The translations under genes were made by a program, and so were the position numbers. From Eledone cirrhosa (Eukaryota), in assembly GCA_964016885.1 (NCBI GenBank), contig OZ024743.1, forward strand, positions 207,452,001 through 207,516,000: a stretch of DNA of 64,000 nucleotides. Direction: 5' to 3'. Numbering within the stretch: position 1 is the stretch's first letter; each line of letters begins with the position of its first letter. The notes beneath the pieces are model-generated. The model was not told where the DNA came from, made no database searches, and saw only the letters and a list, made by a program, of their open reading frames with translations. Shown here one piece after another: positions 57,116-64,000 of the stretch.

Positions 57116-60100
57116 ATGGCTGTGTTAAGAGTAGGTTGTCTAAATGCGCGTGGCCTGGGCTCACCTTGGAAGCAAGCTAAACTTCTAAGTGACCTCAGGT
57201 CACAATGTATAAATGTGATGGTTATTTGCGAGGCCCGGATCAGCAGCATGCGACAGCTAGCCCCCACCTTTGATGACTTTGAGATGCACGCATCTCTCTG
57301 TCAGCCCGGAGGTGGGGGTGGGGTTGTCGTGCTGCTGCAAAAACATCTGGGTCTCGCTACACAGACGGTACACTTGGACCCGGAGGGTCGACTCGTGGTT
57401 CTGGACCTTGGCAATGGTGAAGGCGAAGCTTTTAGGCTTATCGCCGTATACGCCCCTTTTGGGGCAATGCGGTCGGACTTCTTCCATCGTCTGGAGACTT
57501 TTCTAGGGACGTCCCGCTCCTTGCTTTTAGTGGGGGACTGGAATGGTATCCTAGATGCACGTTGGGACTATGTAGGGGCATGTCCCGATAGAGGGGGGTG
57601 TAACAGCCTTAAGGGGTTAATCGGCCGATTTGACCTGGCCGATAGATACCGACTAGATTTTCCGACTGTGCCAACCTGGACTTGGTCAAATAACAGTGGT
57701 CAATCTAGATCGTACCTAGATAGGTTCTTAGTTAGAATTAAGGATAGGGACTTTTTAAGTTGTCCAGAAATGCTCATGGTGGGCTATTCAGACCACAAGT
57801 TAGTGACCTGCGTAGTCCACCTTGATAGAACGCATAGGCAGGGGCCCAGTTACTGGAAGCTCAACTTGTCCTTACCGGCAAGTAGAGCTTACAGGGACCG
57901 GATTAGAACTTTAGTTAAGGAGCGGTTGACGGGCGCCATCGTCAACAGCAGGTGGTGGGGCTCTCTAAAAAGAGAGATTAGAGTAGTTTCAATAGGAGTT
58001 AGTAAGGAGTTAGCCTCAGATAGAAATAGGAAGGAAAGGGAGTTGGAAGTTAATGTTGAAGAGGCAATGAGAAGCGGCAACGTGGCCAGAGTGCAAGCGT
58101 CGAGAACGGTCTTGAACCAGTTCTTCGACGCGAAACACGAAGGCTGCGTTGTCCGAAGCAAAATACGTGCTCTGGGAAACGAGGGGACCAAAGCTGTTAG
58201 CTGGGCCCGCGTGACAGAAGCGAAAAGTGGGATTATATCCACTATCCGGTCTTTGCGAGACCAGGATGGACGGTTGATCCTTGAACCTAAGCAAATGTGC
58301 GAGGCCTTTCAAAGGCACTTTGCCCGATTGTTCGGGAGGGGCGGGGGGCCGGTTGGGGATGTGGATTTCGGTCCATACCTCGATGGCTTGCCGCGTCTTT
58401 CGGACAAGGAGGTGAGGTCCTGTGATGGGCCGATCTCAGCTGCTGAAATAGGGGACGTGCTGAGCCTATGCGGCAAACGCAAATCTCCAGGGCTCGATGG
58501 TCTACCCTACGAACTATATATTAATATGCCGGACTTGTTCCCCGATCTCCTCGAGGCGGTCTACTGCAACTGGCAACAGAACGGGAGAATTCCCTGTTCT
58601 GTGACCAAGGGCGTAGTCTCGCTAATGAGGAAGGACGAGAACAAGGGGGATGACATTAGTAATTTTAGGCCCATAACTCTGCTAAATGCAGAGTTAAAGA
58701 TTTTGGCCAAGGTGTTAGCGAAGAGGTTGGCGCTTGTCGTGGGGGTCTGGTGGGAGATGCGCAGACATGCGCTATCCCGTCCATTTCCATCCACGACAAC
58801 CTCCACCTCATGCGATACATCATAGAGAGGGTTGGGAACGAACCCGGCTTTGGTGGGGCCCTGATAAATTTAGATCAGTCTAAAGCGTTCGATAGGGTGG
58901 ACCATGGTTACCTGGATGTGGCTGGGTTCAGACCCGTTTTCAGGGGCTGGATCACTGCCATGCACAGCAGCCACATCTGCTCTAGAGTCAAGGTGAACGG
59001 CTACCTTTTGGAGCCGTTCGAAATCACCCGCTCCATCCGACAGGGATGCCCTCTCTCCTCCCTTCTGTATGTATTGGCTCTCGAGCCACTACTGCGGAAG
59101 TTGGAGTTGTTGCATGGCATCCCTTTGGAACCGGGATTGCGCAAAGCAGTGTCGGCCTATGCCGATGACGTAACAGTAATGGTGTCGACCACCTCGGAAA
59201 TCGAGGCAATCGGCACCTTACTGGAGGAGTACGAAAGGTTGACAGGGGCTAAGCTGAACCGGGACAAGTCAGTCGCTTTGCAACTCAGTGAGTGGAGGGG
59301 CAAAGCGATGTCGTGCGACGGTATCGTCGGACGGTGGACGGAGGGCCCGGTGAAGTTGCTTGGGGTCTGGTTTGGACCGGACCTCCAGGTGGATAAAAAC
59401 TGGGGTGAGGTGACGAATAGGGTGTTTGCACTGACCCAGAAGTGGGCCGAGTGCAAACTATCCCTGAAAGATCGGACGGAGGTGGCGAACGCTTACATAG
59501 CATCCGTCATCTATTACCGCTTGACTGTCGTGCCTTGCCCGGGTGAGATCCTCGCCAAAATGGAGCGCGCCCTCTTTTATTTCCTTTGGAAAAAGAGGTC
59601 TCCTCTGGTGAGGAGATCCATCTGCTGTCAACACCCTTTGAAAGGAGGGCTGGGGATGCCGTGGCTAAAAATGCGTAAACACGCATTGAGGCTAAGGCAC
59701 CTCCAGGTATTCCTCACCGGTCAACCGGTGTGGGCCCCGTTTGTGAGGCGAGCCTTCCCGAGGCTCGTCTCGCTCACCGAGCTGCAGTCCTGGGTGAAGC
59801 AAAGACCGAGAAAACTGGGCGACTGGCAAACCGAGTGTGCCCAGGTGCTCACGGCTCTCTGGCAGGCGGACCCGGCTATCGACGGAGACTCCACCTCGTC
59901 ATTCTATAGAGGGCTGGTGGTTAGCGGGTGCGACGACGCCCTCGGAGAAACCCTATGCATGGAGGAGGACGAACTGGCCAGTCTATTCGGTAGGACTTTC
60001 GTCCCGGGACCTATGGACAACTTCCAGAAGTCCTTGGCCTGGCAGTGTTCCCGAGGGGCTCTGCCCGTTCGGGATAAGCTCTACAGACACGGGCGCCCGG

Positions 60101-60537
60101 GTAGGGACCCCTCGAAAAAGATATGTCCCAGATGCGTGCGCGACGAGGAAACCGTCGCGCACGCATTGGTGCACTGCCCGGGCGTTGCCGATCTGTGGGG
60201 CTATGTCGAACAACTGCTGTCACGGGTGGGACCAATTAGGTTGACCACCGAGTCCATTGTAACGATCAAGCCGCCTCCCCCCATCAAAAATGGAGAGGCG
60301 GTCTTCCTCTGTGTAATAGCCATAGTAAAAGAGGTTATATGGTGGACGCGTCTGAAAGGGCTGAGGTCGGACACCTTTCTTTCCGGCCAACAACTGGTCC
60401 TTTTGTTCCGATACCATTTCGGAAGAAGGATCAGGATGGAGAGAGAGGTGCTGCACCCCAGCCAGTTTTATGAAAGGTGGGTGAAAGTTGTGAGAATGGC
60501 CCGTGTGAATGGGCCTTCTCTCTACCTCAGCCTGTAG
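57116..60537 (+). pseudogene. LINE ORF2 (APE endonuclease, reverse transcriptase, C-terminal CCHC) with one frameshift
   Basis: LNARGL, VYAP, GDWN, SYLDR, SDH; SPGLDG, FRPITLLN, DQSKAFDRV, RQGCPLS, YADD; CPRC..ETVAHALVHC. The frame changes in the G5 run at 58741-58745. Confidence 0.95.
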
Positions 60538-60760
60538 GTGGAAAATGAAGAAGGGAGCACCCTCTCTTTGTGCTCCCGTGGAGAAGAGTCGCACATTTTT
60601 TCGGGGGTGTGTGTGACCCCAAAACGATCCCTCCCTATTGAGGACCTTCTTGTTACTATTTTGTTTGTTATATTTTTCTTACTCGATTTTTATGTAAACT
60701 CCCTCCACCCATGTACATGTCCCTTTCTTTTGTGCCCTAGTGGCAAATAAACAGAAATTT

Positions 60761-60765
60761 GTCTC

Positions 60766-60796
<31 letters not shown>

Positions 60797-61080
60797 CTGT
60801 CTGTCACTGTCTGTCACTGTCTGTCACTCTCTGTCTGTGTCTCTCTCTGTCTCTCTGTCTTTGTCTCTCTCTGTCTGTCTGTCTTTGTCTCTCTGTGTCT
60901 CTCTCTCTCTGTCTGTCTTTGTCTCTTTGTCTCTGTCTATCTGTCTTTGTCTCTCTGTGTCTCTCTCTCTCTGTCTGTCTTTGTCTCTTTGTCTCTCTGT
61001 CTTTGTCTCTGTGTCTCTCTCTGTCTGTCTGTCTTTGTCTCTCTCTCTGTCTGTCTTTGTCTCTCTGTCTGTATGTCTCT
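60761..61080. repeat. (TCTG/TC)n microsatellite, right flank of the LINE
   Basis: Directly visible. Confidence 0.93.
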
Positions 61081-61659
61081 CACCCTACCAAGTTATTGAC
61101 TAAAACTAGACATTGCTGGTATGAGGGGTAAACAAAATGAAAAGAAATGAAATGTTATAACCTCGGTATCAAACATTTTTATCTATTTAATATAAGAGAT
61201 CTTCTCTTCATCTCAAGTTCTTACTTTATTAAATGATAGTAATTTGTTTTAAGTCTAAATATTCTAAGTTATCCTAAGTTGTGTTCTTTGAGACAGATTG
61301 GAAGATGAGCTGCCAATTTTCTGATTTTGTTTTCTTTCTTTCTTTCTTTTCTTCTCTTTCTTTCTTTTCTGCCCCCACCCCTCCTCCTCCTTCACCCACT
61401 TATTCCTGAGAGGGTTGTGGGAGCAGAGTCCTCAAACACTCCTTCCAGTGGGTCCTGTTAGAAGCAACCGTCCCCAATCTGAGACCAGCTAAGCTCATGG
61501 ATGTTATCCAACCATCTTACTCAGGATCTACCCCTGGGTCTCCTGTGAATTGGTTTTGCTCATAAAATCTGTCCAGCGATTTTTATTTTTTTTTTATTTT
61601 TATTTATTTATTTTTTTTTATCCCTTGAGACATTCTAATCACATGCCCATAGTATCGGA

Positions 61660-61835
61660 GCTTGGAGAAGTAGCAGCTCTACTTGGGATGACTCTGATCT
61701 CCGAGCTATGCACTCTATCGAGTAATGTTACTCCAAAGATCCTTTGGAGGAACCCTATTTCAGCCACTTGTATTCTTGATTGTATTTTTTCAGTCATTAC
61801 CCAAGATTCATGACCATTAGTAAGGGTTGGCACTA
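61660..61835 (-). mobile_element. RTE LINE fragment (different family)
   Basis: PTLTNGHESWVMTEKIQSRIQVAEIGFLQRIFGVTLLDRVHSSEIR. Confidence 0.8.
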
Positions 61836-62291
61836 ATTCTGAATATAAATTGTTCTGAATTGAAAGTAAATATTGAAGTAATTAATATGAAGATTCCAAA
61901 CTACAGAGATGAGATGACTTTAAAAAACTATTTGATCATACATGAATAAACAAACTGTGTCTATCATGGCTGGCTGCCATTTCAGCTACTGTTGGTATCT
62001 TATGAAACATTGGGATGTCAATATTTACATTAATTAATCCCTCAAGTGTATAACAAATTATTGTATTGGACTGCTTTTATTTAAATGTGACAGAACAAAC
62101 ATCTCTTGGTAAATAAAACAGTTTGTTTTGTTGGTATATTAGTGTTGCATGTAATATCTCTCTCTCCCTCTCTCTGTCTCAGTGACTCTCTCACTCCCCC
62201 TTTCTTTGTGACTCTCAATGACTCTCTCACTCCCTCTCTTTGTCTCAGTGACTCTCACTTCCCCCATCTATCTCTATCAACATTATATATA

Positions 62292-63259
62292 CTAGCTGAC
62301 ATACCCAGCTTCGCCCGGGTAAACAGATAAGAGAAGACAGGTAAAAGAGAAAATGACTGTATTGCATGTTTGTCTGGTTACAGTATGAGGCGAGTCCGTG
62401 GTGTCTGTGTGATAGGAAAAAACAGATATACCAGATTCTTCGTTGTACCATTTGTGCATAGTATATGAACAATTCTAGGTGGTCCCACCTAGAATAGTGA
62501 CCTCTAGGGGATGGTTCATCTTCTGCCTGACTGTAAAACGTGTATCATTGCATAGATGTGGTTGTTCCACGTTTCTCAAAAGGATGATGGAAGTTCCAAT
62601 CTTTTATATTATATGTAGATATAGATATAGATAATTAATATATAAGATGTCCGTCAATGTAAAAGGTCCCTATTTACTCCCTTCACAACTCTGTGCATGT
62701 TAGACTGACAGACAGGCACACAGACAGATAAACTACGTGGCGATTGTGGGATGCCCCACGTACACACACATACACGCATGGAAACGCGCACACGCATGCA
62801 AACTTACACACGCACCCGTGCACTTACACACACGCACACACTCACACATGTTGATAGTTTTTACTTTCTGTGGAACGCTGCACACACGCACACGCACACG
62901 CACACGCACACGCACACGCGCGCGCACACATGTACATACACGCACACACACGCACGCACACACACGCACACACACACATGTACATACACGCACACACACG
63001 TTAATAGCTATTGCTTTCCTTACCCTCTTATTTCCACACACATCACACACAGACATGTCTCTACACTGACACATATACATAGTGTAGCCAACACAGCGTT
63101 CACTTTGCCTCTTTCTCCCCTCTCACTCCCTCATTAGCATTATGCATATTAATTTAAGTTTGGCGTCGTTGTGGGCGGAGTCGTTTGAAACCTATGAACC
63201 AATGATAATCGAGAATTATGACACACGGAATACTGACGTTGTTGAAATTAATATATAGA
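62292..63259 (-). mobile_element. Non-autonomous Helitron-like element
   Basis: The minus strand ends ACCCGGGCGAAGCTGGGTATGTCAG-CTAG|T (hairpin + CTAG). Candidate A|TC starts at 63259 and ~62619. Confidence 0.65.
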
Positions 63260-63267
63260 TATATATA

Positions 63268-64000
63268 TCTATACTATAAAGCTGACGGCCATATGTAGGT
63301 AACAAACTTTCCGCCAAATGGCTGGATTAAACAGCACCAAATTTGCACCATAGATGTAACTTTTTCCAAGTAAAAAAGTGAGGGTATTTTTGTCTACTGA
63401 ATTTTGTTAAAAGATTAAAGACATTATTTAAATATTCACTTCTTTAAAATTTCAAATGTCAACACTTCCGGTTATACGTCATTCCTCACTTTTTCTTATG
63501 ACGTTGCACAACATTCCCCTCTTTCTCTTAGTCTGTCTTTTTAGATAGATACATAGCTATAACGTAGCGCCCTTATAATATGTCTGTATGACTGACTGTC
63601 TGCATTAGATAACGTATTTCGAAATATTTACTTCTGCGTTCACAGACGGATTTTTTAAGTTTCAGAAGATCCCGTTAAGGGTGAAAGCAGCGATTCTTTG
63701 CTTAAACTTTAATCTGTTATTTTAATATTTATATTCATGTACAGATATTTTTGTATACACAAAAACAAAAAGCTATTTATTTCATCAATGGCCATCAATT
63801 TTCCACTTACCGTTTGGCTTGCCAGATGCGTGGTATGTTACATGATGATAGCCATTGGCACCTCACCCTGCAAGAAGCAGCAACTGCTAAAGTCCCTTCT
63901 CAGCCGCGAAAACATTTTGCTATTATGCTGCACAACTGCGATCTCGCTGACCCTCTCGCACTGTGGAACAACCTCCGTGAAAGTCTAGTTGAGCACATCC
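63268..64000 (+). mobile_element. Internally deleted Helitron with RepHel fragment, running off the window
   Basis: A|TCTATACTATAAAG start. 63784-64000 reads INGHQFSTYRLACQMRGMLHDDSHWHLTLQEAA...FAIMLHNC...PLALW, matching the RepHel inter-domain motif (T..EAC...GLL.DD..W...L.EA...LFA.IL..C...P..LW). This frame is absent from the ORF track. Confidence 0.8.

Larger units (their letters stand above)
55171..60760 (+). mobile_element. Near full-length L1/Tx1-type non-LTR retrotransposon
   Basis: 5' UTR, ORF1 with zinc knuckle, ORF2 (APE endonuclease-RT-CCHC), 3' UTR with AATAAA at 60746-60751 and no poly(A); embedded in a microsatellite. Confidence 0.95.

Overview
AT-rich eukaryotic DNA dominated by repeats. 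The SINE/LINE repertoire suggests a coleoid cephalopod, probably an octopus (inferred from recalled repeat motifs, not a search). Only one host coding exon is recognisable: a 138-nt, phase 0/0 exon of an NKAIN-family gene (50397-50534, +), so most or all of the window is probably intron. The rest comprises a nearly full-length L1/Tx1-type LINE inside a (TCTG/TC)n microsatellite, 5'-truncated RTE LINEs with a PHD-type zinc finger inside the RT region, two Penelope-like GIY-YIG elements, R4/Dong and CRE LINE remnants, three SINE families, piggyBac-, Tc1/mariner- and hAT-type MITEs, Helitrons, kilobase (TA/TATG)n arrays and many minisatellites. The long low-complexity ORFs are repeat artefacts. 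The best leads are RNA/DNA structures: one complete-looking type I hammerhead ribozyme plus several decayed ones, a dispersed module with apparent covariation in an HDV-ribozyme-like pairing order, and a repeat family headed by a long palindrome. I cannot demonstrate a new system from sequence alone; these are hypotheses. Many repeat boundaries are approximate.
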